Source: Daphnia carinata (lineage: Eukaryota). Taken from it: 64,000 bases of DNA. A program made the position numbers and the translations under genes. Position 1 is the stretch's first letter. The number at the start of each line of letters is the position of its first letter. The stretch is from the NCBI RefSeq assembly GCF_022539665.2, contig NC_081331.1, positions 2,790,001 through 2,854,000 of the forward strand, written 5' to 3'. The notes under the pieces were generated by a model. That model saw only the letters and a program-made list of their open reading frames with translations, searched no databases and had not been told where the DNA came from. Positions 26,938 through 38,277 of this stretch are shown here, in pieces.

Positions 26938-27292
26938 GAAGTGCATATCTGGGCTCCCTTCCTTTCCGTAGCCCCGTTTCCCCTTGACTCGTAATAAGCC
27001 CGTAGGGGGTCATGCCCCTACTGTACGGTATATATAAAAACAACATATACCGAGGTTTGGAGGGCTCTGGCCGGAAAGGGGACGTGGGGTGCCGCTTAGT
27101 CCGATGATGTGTTCACGGAGGGTGACGTGGCTGCCCACAAATCCGAACTAAAGGTTAATCGCTCCTGTAAAAATGTTCCAAATCTTCAGCTCTTCTTCCG
27201 GCTTCTCTTAGTCAATCACCGGGTAATCTCCCTGGTGGGTCAACAAGGCAGTGTCTCCCCCTGCCTGGGTTGACGGCAACTTTTGAAAGGGC
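26938..27292 (+). other. GC-rich, hairpin-dense ~355 nt segment (candidate structured RNA or cis element); copies at 28236-28590 (-) and 30988-31343 (+)
   Basis: Stems GTAGGGG/CCCCTAC (27002-27021), CGGTATAT/ATATACCG (27026-27052), CACCGGG/CCTGGTG (27217-27237) and GTCAAC-AGGCAG/CTGCCT-GTTGAC (27239-27274); near-identical in three copies. Confidence 0.5.
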
Positions 27293-27610
27293 TATTGTGC
27301 GTTTTTAAAGTTGCAAAAATAATTGTAATGTGCAGAGAATTGTCAATAAATTTTTTTTTATAAAATGTTTTTTGCAAAATTTTTTTCTTTCATTTTCTGT
27401 GTTCGGTTTGTTCACACATTACATTTATCAACTTTTTTTTTTATTTAGCTTGCTCAATTCATTTTTATGGTTTTTGCCACCGTTGTATCGCATATCTGTT
27501 AGTATTCAATTAATATTTATTACACTTCTTGAATTCTTGAACTTAGACAAGGAACAACGTGTAATACCTGGATATTTTCTGAAGTAATTTTATACTTGTA
27601 TATAGTTTTA

Positions 27611-27678
27611 CTGGTATGGGAATCGATCCCCAGACATTCAGCATGCAACGCCGATGCTCTAACATTGAGCCACGAGAT
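27611..27678 (-). pseudogene. tRNA-derived (Ala-TGC-like) degenerate unit or SINE-head-like sequence
   Basis: Minus strand TGGCTCAATGTTAGAGC (A box/D arm), TCGGC-GTTGCAT-GCTGA anticodon arm with TGC, GGGGATCGATTCCC (B box with the GATCG variant seen in tRNA-Ala); no acceptor stem. Confidence 0.55.
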
Positions 27679-27784
27679 ATATCTATCATATTATATCTAT
27701 TATGGCATATCATATGTTATAGTCTAGGATGTTTATGTAGTCTTTCACAAGTATATATTTATCTTTTTATAGCTTTCATAATGT

Positions 27785-27845
27785 TCATAGCTCTTTGGTA
27801 GAGCATTCAGCTGCGGTAACTGTTACCCTGGGTTCAAACCTTAAT
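27785..27845 (+). pseudogene. Degenerate tRNA-like unit
   Basis: TAGCTCTTTGGTAGAGC (A box/D arm, from 27788) and GGTTCAAACC (B box, 27831-27840) at tRNA spacing; cloverleaf incomplete. Confidence 0.4.
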
Positions 27846-27935
27846 AGATGTATAAAGATCTACGTTTCAATTTTATTCAAAGTGTAAATGCAAGTCCGCA
27901 AGCGACTGGAAAAAAGCTAACCTGACATCATATGA

Positions 27936-27998
27936 TTCATGGCTCATTGGTATAGCATCGGCGCGGTATGTCGAACATCCAGGGTTCGCTCCCTGGAT
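27936..27998 (+). pseudogene. Degenerate tRNA-like unit, inverted homolog of 27611-27678
   Basis: TGGCTCATTGG A box (27940-27950), TCGGC-GCGGTAT-GTCGA arm, ATCCAGGG-TTCGCT-CCCTGGAT T-arm containing the B box. Confidence 0.5.
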
Positions 27999-28057
27999 AA
28001 TAATTGAATGCTTAAAGATAAACGATAAACCAATGGAAACAATGGTTACCATCAAGG

Positions 28058-30231
28058 GTGGCATAAACAATAAAGGTCAATTGCGCAAGCTAAATAAAAA
28101 AAAAAGTTGATAAATGTAGTGTGTGAACACAGACAATGAAAGAAAAAAATTTTGCAAAAACATTTTATAAAAAAAAATTTATTGACAATTCTCTACACAT
28201 TACAATTATTTTTGCAACTTTAAAAACGCACAATAGCCCTTTCAAAAGTTGCCGTCAACCCAGGCAGGGGGAGACACTGCCTTGTTGACCCACCGGGGAG
28301 ATTACCCGGTGATTGGCTAAGAGAAGCCGGAAGAAGAGCTGAAGATTTGGAACATTTTTACAGGAGCGATTAACCTTTAGTTCGGATTTGTGGGCAGCCA
28401 CGTCACCCTCCGTGAACACATCATCGGACTAAGCGGCACCCCACGTCCCCTTTCCGGCCAGAGCCCTCCAAACCTCGGTATATGTTGTTTTTATATATAC
28501 CGTACAGTAGGGGCATGACCCCCTACGGGCTTATTATGAGTCAAGGGGAAACGGGGCTTCAGAAAAGAAGGGAGCCCAGATATGCACTTCAATTTTTTAA
28601 ATATCAAATACCGTCTGGGGAATCCGAATTAAGTATAGCAATGTCATGTCATCCATCCAATCAATACAATTTTTTCAGTGTCTTGCCCCAACCAAGAATC
28701 TTTTCAGATCCAATGTTACTATTAACCTATATTGAGAAAAGAAAAACAACACAGTTAAACACATCAATTGTTGATCATGGAACTTACATGACTCATAGAT
28801 TCAACTTCTGGTGGAAGCTTGGGAAAGGACATACAAATTGCAGATTAACTTCATTGTATAAGGCTCTTGAATGATAAACTAGCACCCCTAGAATGTTGCA
28901 TTGTTGATAGTTGTGTTCCCAGTACATGAAAATCCTTTCCTATTGGATAAAATTTTTTTTGGTAGATAAGACCTGGTTGGCAAAAAGGAGGAGAAATTCT
29001 TTGTCATAAATTCAAAATTATTTGAAGAAAATCCTTTCATACCTAAAGAGTCCATGTATGATGTTCATCTCTGCAATAGCAGCAAAATTAAAACATCTTT
29101 AGGGCCATTTAAGTACCCAGTTTCCCCAACACTCTGAACGTAAAGGACAAGTTGTTCTTTAGACAGAGAAGCAGAATTATTTGAGGCTTCTAGCTGTGAC
29201 AGAACTATAAAGGATTGCTGTTGTACTGGATTCATTAACACAAGATGGTACTTCTCATTAGGCAATTTGCATTACTCTATTAATTTACCTCACACCTTAC
29301 GGTAATGCACTCTCAGTGTTTTTTTATCTGTAGGCTCACTCTTCCATCCTGTAACACTTCCAGACTTGATTTGATCCCCCGTTAAAATCTGTGAATGCAA
29401 AATAATAGCATTAAAAATACTTTTTTGATAGACAAAAAACCGAAAAGTACCTAATCCATGTTTCATGTTGAACTTGTGCCATTTCTTGGTTTCTGTACCA
29501 CACCCATTTTCGGCCCAAATATGTTCCCACAATTGTTCAGTTCCTTCCCTGCATGAGCTTATTACTAACGATTCTTTTAGTGCAGCACTAACAGAATTTA
29601 AATTTAACACACTGTCAGGTGGTGGACTGAATAACTAAGCAATAAATAATTGTTTTTTAAAATTCTATACTTATTTTGAATTCTTATTTGAAAAGTTTAG
29701 GTACCTGGCTGTGTTCGCCTAATGCCAACTCATCCTCACGTTCAGTTAGAGATGAGTTTTGAAAAACCTCCTTCACTGTTTGGAAACTGTTCCGTTCCAA
29801 TTTGTTCTTTTCCCCTAGCTGAGCTTGAAGACTCAAAATTTGAGCTACAAAACACGAATGAATAAAAGCAAATAAATAGAATCATTACGTGTTAGGCCTA
29901 CGATCCTTAGCTTTATTATCTAATATTTTGTGTTGTTCCAATAACTGGGCCTGCAGCTTCATAATTTGATCTAATAAATAATAATTAATAATTAAAAACC
30001 AATATAATAATGTTTATACTTACCATTTTTTTGTTTTATTATCTTATCCATTTTTCAATTGTTCCTCCAGCCACGCTACTCAATTAACTGCTAATGGGAT
30101 ACAATTAACTAAAATTGCTTACATGCCTGTAATAACGAAACCGACTGATAGATGGCTACGGGTAGAAAAAAGAGAAAAAAGTGCGCGTTTTTTTTTTTTT
30201 TTTTTTTTTTTATGTAAATCGGATTGCCATA
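28058..30231 (-). repeat. Arm B of large inverted repeat (~2.2 kb)
   Basis: Reverse complement of arm A; ends CGGATTGCCATA at 30231. Confidence 0.92.
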
Positions 30232-30237
30232 CGTTTT

Positions 30238-31530
30238 TATGGCAATCCGTTTTACATAAAAAAAAAAAAAAAAAAAAGAATAGAATTTTAACAAACAATT
30301 ATTTATTGTTTAGTTATTCAGTCCACCACCTGACAGTGTGTTAAATTTAAATTCTGTTAGTGCTGCACTAAAAGAATTGTTAGTAATAAATCCATGCAGC
30401 AAAGGAACTGAAGAATTGTGGGACTGTATTTGGGCCGAAAATGGGTGTGGTATGGAAACACAGAAATGGCACGAGTTCAACATGAAACATGGATTAGGTA
30501 CTTTTTTGGTTTTTGTCTATCGAAAAAGTATTTTTAATGCTATTATTTTGCATTCACAGAATTTTAGCGGGGGTTCAAGTCAAGTCTGGAAGTGTTACAG
30601 GATGGAAGAGTGAGCCTGTAGTTGAAAAAACACTGAGAGTGCATTACCATCAAGGTGTGAGGTAAAGTAATAGAGTAATGCAAATTGTCTAATGAGAAGT
30701 ACCACCTTGTGTTAATGAATCCGTTACAACAGCAATCCTTTATAGTTCTGACAGAAGAATATGCTCGCAATCAACTCACGAATCATGTAAGGTACGAACT
30801 ATACATGCGAATTAAGAGTTTTTATGCTAATGGTGTTTTATTGTCTCATAGATGAACAATAAATTTTGATCTGAAAAGGTTTCTTGTTTGGGGCAAGGTC
30901 ATGAATTAATTTTTACGTTTGGATACACTACATGGAAGTTCTACACTTAATTCATATTCCCCAAACGGTATTTAAAATTCAGAAATTGAAGTGCATATCT
31001 GGGCTCCCTTCCTTTCCGTAGCCCCGTTTCCCCTTGACTCATAATAAGCCCGTAGGGGGTCATGCCCCTACTGTACGGTATATATAAAAATAACATATAC
31101 CGAGGTTTGGAGGGCTCTGTGACGGAAAGGGGACGTGGGGGTCCGCTTAGTCCGATGATGTGTTCACGGAGGGCGACGTGGCTACCCACAAATCCGAATT
31201 AAAGGTTAATCGCTCCAGTAAAAATGTTCCAAATCTTCAGCTCTTCTTCCGGCTTCTCTTAGTCAATCACCGGGTAATCTCCCTGGTGGGTCAACAAGGC
31301 AGTGTCTCCCCCTGCCTGGGTTGATGGCAACTATTGAAAGGGCTATTATGCCTTTTTAAAGTTGCAAAAATATTTGTATTGTGCAGAGAATTGTCAATAA
31401 ATTTTTTTGTATAAAATATTTTTCGCAAAATTTGTTTCTTTCATTATCTATTTTCGCTATGTTCACACATCACATTTATCAACTTTTTTTTTATTCAGTT
31501 TGTTTAATTCATCTTTATCGTTTTTGCCAC
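30238..31530 (+). repeat. Arm C: third, internally deleted copy of the same unit, same orientation as arm A
   Basis: Starts TATGGCAATCCG, jumps after the A-run to the equivalent of ~25860, has a second deletion and divergent stretch near 30750-30980, and ends tttgccac like arm A. Confidence 0.88.
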
Positions 31531-32664
31531 ATAGCAATGCTAGCGCGCCAGTACGCTACAGCGCTAGCGTGACGCATCAAGCTTCTTTGATTATTCAAAA
31601 ACCATAAACTCTACTTTAAAAAAAATTTCATTTTCGTGTTCCTTGTTAAATTTTGAATCAGATACATATATAGTTATCTAGATTTAATAATATTATTTTT
31701 TAATAGGAAAAAATGTTAAGCCCGACAATCTAAGCCCGACTTTCTGCTGTATCGCGCTAACGCTGTAGCGTACTGGCGCGCTAGCATTGCGTTAAATATT
31801 CCGTGTATTTCAAAAATAATTAGCCTAGTTTTAAAAACAGAAATTTTCCCCGAATCAGCATTCAATTTTGAGTATACCCTATGGTAATCAACCAATTCCG
31901 ATGAATGTCAGTTTTTTGGGAAAACAATTTTAAGCCCGACCGAGAAAAGTCGGGCTTATTTAGTCGGGCTTATTTTTCGGTCAGTGTATGTAGAGAAATT
32001 AACTAGAAACGCCACCGGTAGATGGTGATAGCAGTAAAACAGAAAAAAAGGCCAATATTTTTTATTTTTATTTTGGGTAAGACGGATTGCCATATGTTAA
32101 TCTATAAAGACCTTCACTTTCCGAGAGAAAATAATTTGGAAAAAGTATCATTTATTATGCTGCAAAATACCATTGGTCTTCCAAAATTGCAGCGGTTCTA
32201 AATTCTCTGAATCGCTACATCATTTTCATAGAGAGTGCGACACCTGTCAAGCTGTGTGATTAGGAAAAGGGCGGAGGGGGCCAAACAATGTTAAAAACTG
32301 TTTGGCGTCCGACATAAATGATCGCCAATCGAAGAGTGATTTTGGGGACAAGTTATGCTCCACCAAAAGGACACAATTGTTAAAGGGAAACTCCGCTAGT
32401 GAGCTTCTATTCATATTTAAATGACGATTAACACGACGGTGCTTAAAACAACAGCTAGAAAATGGAAACCATGTGACAATCAAGACACTGTTAACATTTC
32501 CAAAAAAATTTGCAAGTGATCAATAATTTGATATTATGTGAACAGGTTCGTGTATCACAAAATCAAAGTGTAAAGACATTACAGAAGGTACCAACAAATT
32601 TTTGAAAAGATAACGCGCTTTAGTAAGAAAAATGGTGATACCGTATACATGGGAAAGGCGGTAT

Positions 32665-34870
32665 TCAAAAACGAAGATGTTGTTTATTTTTTAACATATG
32701 CCTGTAAGATAAAGGTGTTGAAAATATGGTTAACATGAAATATTTAATAAAGTTAAATTTGTACTTGTCAAGCTTCTCCCAGAACGTCATTAGGGCAGCG
32801 CGATCGAGATGCCGTTTAGTCCTTGAAAGCGAAATCACATTAACGGCCCATTTTGCTACGTTTTGATCCAGCGGTATATCGTCCCACTTAACGTGGAAGG
32901 CGCAGACTTTTTTATTTGAAAAATAAAAACAGCGAGGGATATTACTTTGCAAATGGAATACATCTTACAGCTGTGGTATCAAATTTACCTTGAACGAAGA
33001 TTTCTACAGGGTTTCCATTCCATGGCCAACCTTTGAATTGCCAAGCAGGGCCCATAACAAACACGGCCACTACTCGATCCCAGTCTGCAGGAGCAAGTTT
33101 CTGAGGACTATCTATAACCCTGAAGTAGAAAATATTAAAAAAAAAAGTTATTCCCATTCAGCCGAAAGGACTAAAACGAGCGGATACCGATATGGCACCG
33201 TTAGATTTCCTTCTTTGCGTCGCTGAAGTAGAATCTCATTGTCTCTTCGACAACCCTGCTGCCTTTTCTCTTCTGTGCTAAAAAACCTGTTGAGGAAATT
33301 GACGAAAATAAGTTTTTAAATCATGAAGAAAATACGCAAAACGTGTGACAGTATCTTTACTTTAGATCTTGTAAGACGTCCTTTGCGTTGAACATAGTTA
33401 TAAGAGAGGAGTTGGCCGACGGAATGATAATAATTGGTGTTCGAGATACCCGTTTAGATGGGCCTGTTGATGGGCGTGGCTGGGCGACTGCTGCCGGAGT
33501 AGCCGCAGTCGGTGCCGCTGCCTTGCGAGGTTGTGTTCCTTCGGTAACCGACTTTAGCGTCATGCCATGATATGTGCCAGTGGTATCGATCTTGAAACCC
33601 TCCGTTTCTAATATAAAAAGGGGGCATGAATGTATTAATTAATTAACTGCATTCAACTTTTGGTAAGTACCTTCTTTTCCTCGGAATCTTTCTTGGTCGT
33701 AACGGCTGTAAACAGGGCCTTGTTGTTGCACCGGAGGTCCCATTCCAGAAGGGCCGCCGCCTGGTGGGAGAACGGTCCGTCCAGCTCCTGGGGCTACTGA
33801 GCTGTGACCTCTTAGCTTACCATCTTCTCGAGCTTTGAGACTTTGCAGAATGGCAAAAATATTTTTCGAGAAAACCTATCGATAAGTTGGGAAAAAATCT
33901 GCAATTTATTGGGAGCTGAAATGCAATTTATCATTCGTTTACTTTGCCGGAGCTCTGTAGGACCGAAGTTCGATTCCTCCACTGCCTCTCGCGATTCAAG
34001 ATATCCTTCGTAACATCAAAATCATAATCAAGCATTCCCCTAAGTTCTGACGACGAACTGCCTGCCAAACCAAGAGACGATCCAAGCCCCAAACCCATAT
34101 CTTCACTGTCCCCCTTGATGGTTTTTCGTTTATTGGCAATACGCTTGGCTTTGAGGGAAGCAATTGTTTCAATTGACATAGCCTCTGACAATGACCTAAT
34201 AAATACAATGAATATATTTTAAATCTAAGCACTTGATTTAAAAATATTTTATAGTTACTGGATTTTGTTCACATTAATCAGGCTATCTTGGCGTGGAGCT
34301 TCTAGACGAGCAGCCAATACTTCCTTCACTCGTTGCATCTGTTGGTCTTCCAAGCGTGGTTTCTTGCTTGCTGGAACTTCATTATCATCAACACCAATTC
34401 CACTTCCTATACCTAGCCCTGAACCTCCAGTTTGTGCTGTTCCTACAATTCTTCGTACTTGAATTGGGATTTCAATTGGAGCTGCTTTGTCGATGGAGGC
34501 AGAAGCAGCAGTCTCTCCATTGAGATAAGCCAGCAGATCCTTACGATCTGGACGGCGCACAACTGGAATGCTGTCAGCTGCTGCTTGACGTACGTAAACA
34601 GGATGCTGGAGTTGAACATTTTTAAGAAGGAACAGCAGACACTCTAGTGTATAGTAATCCCTGGGCGCGCCATCTTTTCCGGAACTATAACAAACAGATT
34701 TTAAAAGCTTCAAATATACTCCTATAAAATACTAATTACCCATAAATGAGATAGTTTGTCTTGACGGTTTTCGGCCAAGAGAATTCACCGAATATGATTT
34801 GACCTTCACGTTCAATGATTTCCTTTTTGTTGACATTAAATTGACGCAACAAACTCAAAGGATCCGCCAT
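32665..34870 (-). CDS. CDC73: Parafibromin / cell division cycle 73 (PAF1 complex subunit, hyrax), multi-exon
   Basis: [12 protein letters not shown] start at 34870, [76 protein letters not shown]-terminal KQHLRF*. Confidence 0.97.
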
Positions 34871-35574
34871 TTTTCACGTATTGGTAGCTACTTTTTGAAT
34901 CTTAAACAATCATGTAAGAGTTTTGTAAAACTGAAACTCTATTTTCAGGTCGGGAACGGATTTTTTTCGGAAACAACATATGCAAAGCATTTGTGTCGTC
35001 TGCTTGTTGCCAAATTTGTATTATTAGATTAGATTCATAACAAGGAAACCCAATAGCTTTTAAAAACTTAGGTTTCTAATGAGTCAAAAAACGAAAAAGA
35101 AAGAAATTCGATAAGAAATTTAGCATCCGAAACAAGTATTCTCTAACCAATATCATTGTTTACGGCTATTCCATTTTGATTTGGGCTCCTTAGCCCCTCC
35201 GTTTCCGTGGCTATTCTATTGTTCCCTTGCCATTTGAAGAAAATTAGGGAAGAAAGAAAAATATTATAACTTAGAAAATATTATGAACATTATGTGCTTA
35301 GTTTTAAGTTTATGCATATGGAATCATCATTTTCGTTAGCCAATTTTTCGTTGGAAACCAGGGAAGGGGAAAGTGGAGTCTGGAATTCAGAAGATGAAAA
35401 ACTTTGCAGAGGCGACAACGTTGGATTACAAATGGTTGCTCAGTTTAGGACGAAAGGTTTAGAGCCGTCCTCTTGAAACTATCAGTTTAAAGCTCGTTTG
35501 AACAATTGTTAATTATAGATAAGCGATTTTAATTCAAGCGATATTAGTTGAAAACACTGGTTGATTTTTGCACC

Positions 35575-37747
35575 ATGCCCATGCCGGCCTTGCCGCTGAA
35601 CCACCAGGTACAGACGAAATTATAAGCCGGCTCCGTGAACCTATGTATTCCGAATATTTTGTTTTTTGTTTTAGAATGCTGTTGAGCCAATGCAAGTGGA
35701 TGTGTCTGAAGAGAATGAAAATGCGGAAGAAGAACCCTATATTGTAGAAAATCCCACTTTGGTAAAGGAATTTCTGACTTTGTGAATTAAAACCAGTAGC
35801 ATCAGTTGTAGTCATTGTCTTTGCTGTGAATTTCTTTCAAGCAAGGATCTTTTTGTGTTTAGGACATAGAAACCTACACAAGTAGCTATCATGGAATGGC
35901 CAAGTTGTCCCGCCTCATGTTTATTGCCGATCATTGCCCATCTCTGAGAATTGAAACACTGAAAATGGCAATTGCAGCAGTTCAGGAAACGTATAATGTC
36001 ACATTATATCAACAGTTGCACAGGAAACTACAAGAAGCAATATCTGGGTACAGTCTGCATATGTTTAAAGAAAGTGTTTTATTTCCAATTTTGATTTTGG
36101 CTTAGACTTACACCTGCACAGATTCAAGCCATGGAACTTCCAAGCTATGACATAGCTTGGGCTGAAAGCAAAATGAAGAAAGCCGCTCTAAAGTTGGAGA
36201 AACTTGATACTGATCTGAAAAATTATAAGGCAAATTCCATTAAAGAAAGTATTCGCCGCGGCCACGATGACTTGGGAGATCACTACTTGGATTACGGTGA
36301 TTTGTCTAATGCCTTAAAGTGCTACTCTAGGGCCCGAGACTACTGCACAAGCAGTAAGCATGTAATTCACATGTGTCTCAATGTGATCAAGGTAAAGTAT
36401 GGAGCCTAGTTAACCATCTGTGATCTGAGAATACTGATTTTTCTAATATGTAGGTTAGTGTCTACCTACAAAACTGGTCCCATGTTCTCAGTTATGTTAA
36501 CAAAGCAGAATCAACACCAGATTTTGCTGAGGTAAAATTTCTAGTTCTGTTGGATTCCAAACGAGTTGGTTATAAATTTTTGCTGTGTATCGGCTTCAGT
36601 CTTCAAATAGCAAAGACGGTGGCCAAGCTTTGGTAACTCATTTACAATGTGCAGCGGGTCTCGCTGAACTTGCAACCAAGAAATACAAGTGCGCAGCTCG
36701 ACATTTTCTTCAAGCCAATATTGATCACTGTGACCTTCCAGAATTGCTTTCGCCATCAAATGTTGCTGTGTTCGGCGGATTGTGTGCACTCGCCACATAC
36801 GACAGAGCTGAACTTCAGAAACATGTGATTTCTAGCAGGTATATCGCCTCAGCTAGGATGCGTTTCGACTACTTGTAATCATGAAAATCTTGTCCAGTTC
36901 TTTTAAACTTTTCCTGGAATTGGAACCGCAATTGAGAGACATTATCCACAAATTCTACGAGTCCAAATATGCCTCCTGTCTAAAGCTACTAGAGGAAATG
37001 AAGGTACGGAATTACGACCGTGTTGGAAAAAAAACGCGATTAAATCAAAAATAAATTTTTCGCATTCTTCTGTTTTGTCTCAGGATAACTTGTTGCTGGA
37101 CATGTATCTCGCGCCCCATGTGCCTGCTTTGTACACTAAAATCCGAAATAGAGCTCTGATTCAGTATTTCAGGTAGGCCGTGTTATATTGAATATTTGAA
37201 GGCATCTAATTTAGACTTTACTTCTCGTCTGCAGTCCCTACATGTCAGCAGATATGAGGCGAATGGCAGAGGCGTTTAATACCAGTGTGTCTGCGCTGGA
37301 AGACGAGCTAATGCAATTAATTCTCGACGGACAAATCCAGGCGCGAATTGATTCTCACAACAAAGTACCACTCTTAATTCTATTTTTCTGCTAATTTTTA
37401 GTCGCGACCTAGTTTCCTTAATTCGTTTGTTTCCCGGTTTCTCTTTTGCTGTCAGATTTTGTTTGCGAAAGATGCCGACCAGCGCAGTTGCACATTTGAA
37501 AAGTCGCTCAATCTGGGCGAGGAATTCAAAAGAAGAACCCGGTTGCTTGTCCTTCGAGCTGCCGTCTTGCGCAATCAGATACATGTCAAAGTAATTTGAC
37601 TTTCATGGTATATACCAATGCTCAGGCTGTTGAATCTTTTCCCGTTTTTTGATGATTTTTTGGTTGTAGAGTTCGCCTAGAGATAGTGGAGGACAAACAA
37701 CTGAAGTTGCTATTCCTTCATCCAGTGGCTCGTCGCCTCGCAACTGA
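35575..37747 (+). CDS. GPS1: COP9 signalosome complex subunit 1 (CSN1/GPS1), multi-exon
   Basis: [85 protein letters not shown]-domain segment [13 protein letters not shown]...[15 protein letters not shown]. Confidence 0.97.
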
Positions 37748-38277
37748 GACAGCACTTGGCAACCAGTCTACTCTGCGAAACACTTGAATCCTTGTCAATC
37801 TGGTGTGTTGTCTTTTTTCGTCCTTCTTTTTCAATTGTGTAAAATTGTTGAATTATCCTCCACTACACTCTTTTTTTCACTCTTTTCTGGTCGTGAGAGA
37901 CGTCAGTTGTTACGGTCTCTTGGTTTGATAACAAGCTGTGTTGTGTGAATTTTCTGCCCCCTGTATTTTTTATTGTTTATTTTCCTTACCAGGGAAGGAA
38001 TAAGGTATCTATCTTATTTGTGGCATCGTAATTAGTCTTGTCTTTTGAGATGAAAACAGCAAACGGAGAGACAATACAGATTGTTTATAACATTTTAATG
38101 ATATTTGGATGTGTCTATTTTTGTAGTATATGTTAAACAGCATTTCAAACATAGCCTAACACTTTCATATATATATTTATGTAAATATTTATATATTACA
38201 GGATTTGTTACGTAAATTAAAAAAAGAACAAGCGTTCTGTGGGGTACAAACTCTTAATGACAACGACATTGATATTA

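Larger units (their letters stand above)
25269..27480 (+). repeat. Arm A of large inverted repeat (~2.2 kb)
   Basis: Reverse-complement match to 28058-30231 along its length, from TATGGCAATCCG to ...tttgccac; ORF-track peptides are mirrored (25922+ vs 29290-, 26681- vs 28482+). Confidence 0.92.
22637..31986. mobile_element. Non-autonomous DNA-transposon-like element with degenerate terminal inverted repeats (CACTG/CAGTG end; CMC/EnSpm-like by inference), containing nested palindromic units
   Basis: ~22637-22825 is an imperfect reverse complement of ~31741-31915 (e.g. ggaattggttgactat..tatactcaaaattgaat vs attcaattttgagtata..aatcaaccaattcc). Right end ...gtcgggcttatttttcggtCAGTG|TA; many AAGCCCGAC motifs in both orientations. 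No transposase ORF seen; left terminus eroded. Confidence 0.6.

Noticed and set aside
26681..27046. 121 aa ORF (and its 130 aa mirror at 28482-28874) as a real protein
   Set aside because: It recurs only because of the inverted repeat, lengths and ends differ between the three copies, it overlaps the hairpin island and it has no recognisable domain.
27611..27998. Functional tRNA genes
   Set aside because: Acceptor stems do not pair and conserved loop positions deviate; kept only as tRNA-derived units.
28330..28400. CTGAAGA as a hammerhead ribozyme core, or TTAACCT as a telomerase template
   Set aside because: No stem II followed by GAAA after CTGAAGA, and TAACCTTT does not give the more-than-one-repeat CCTAA template expected for TTAGG.
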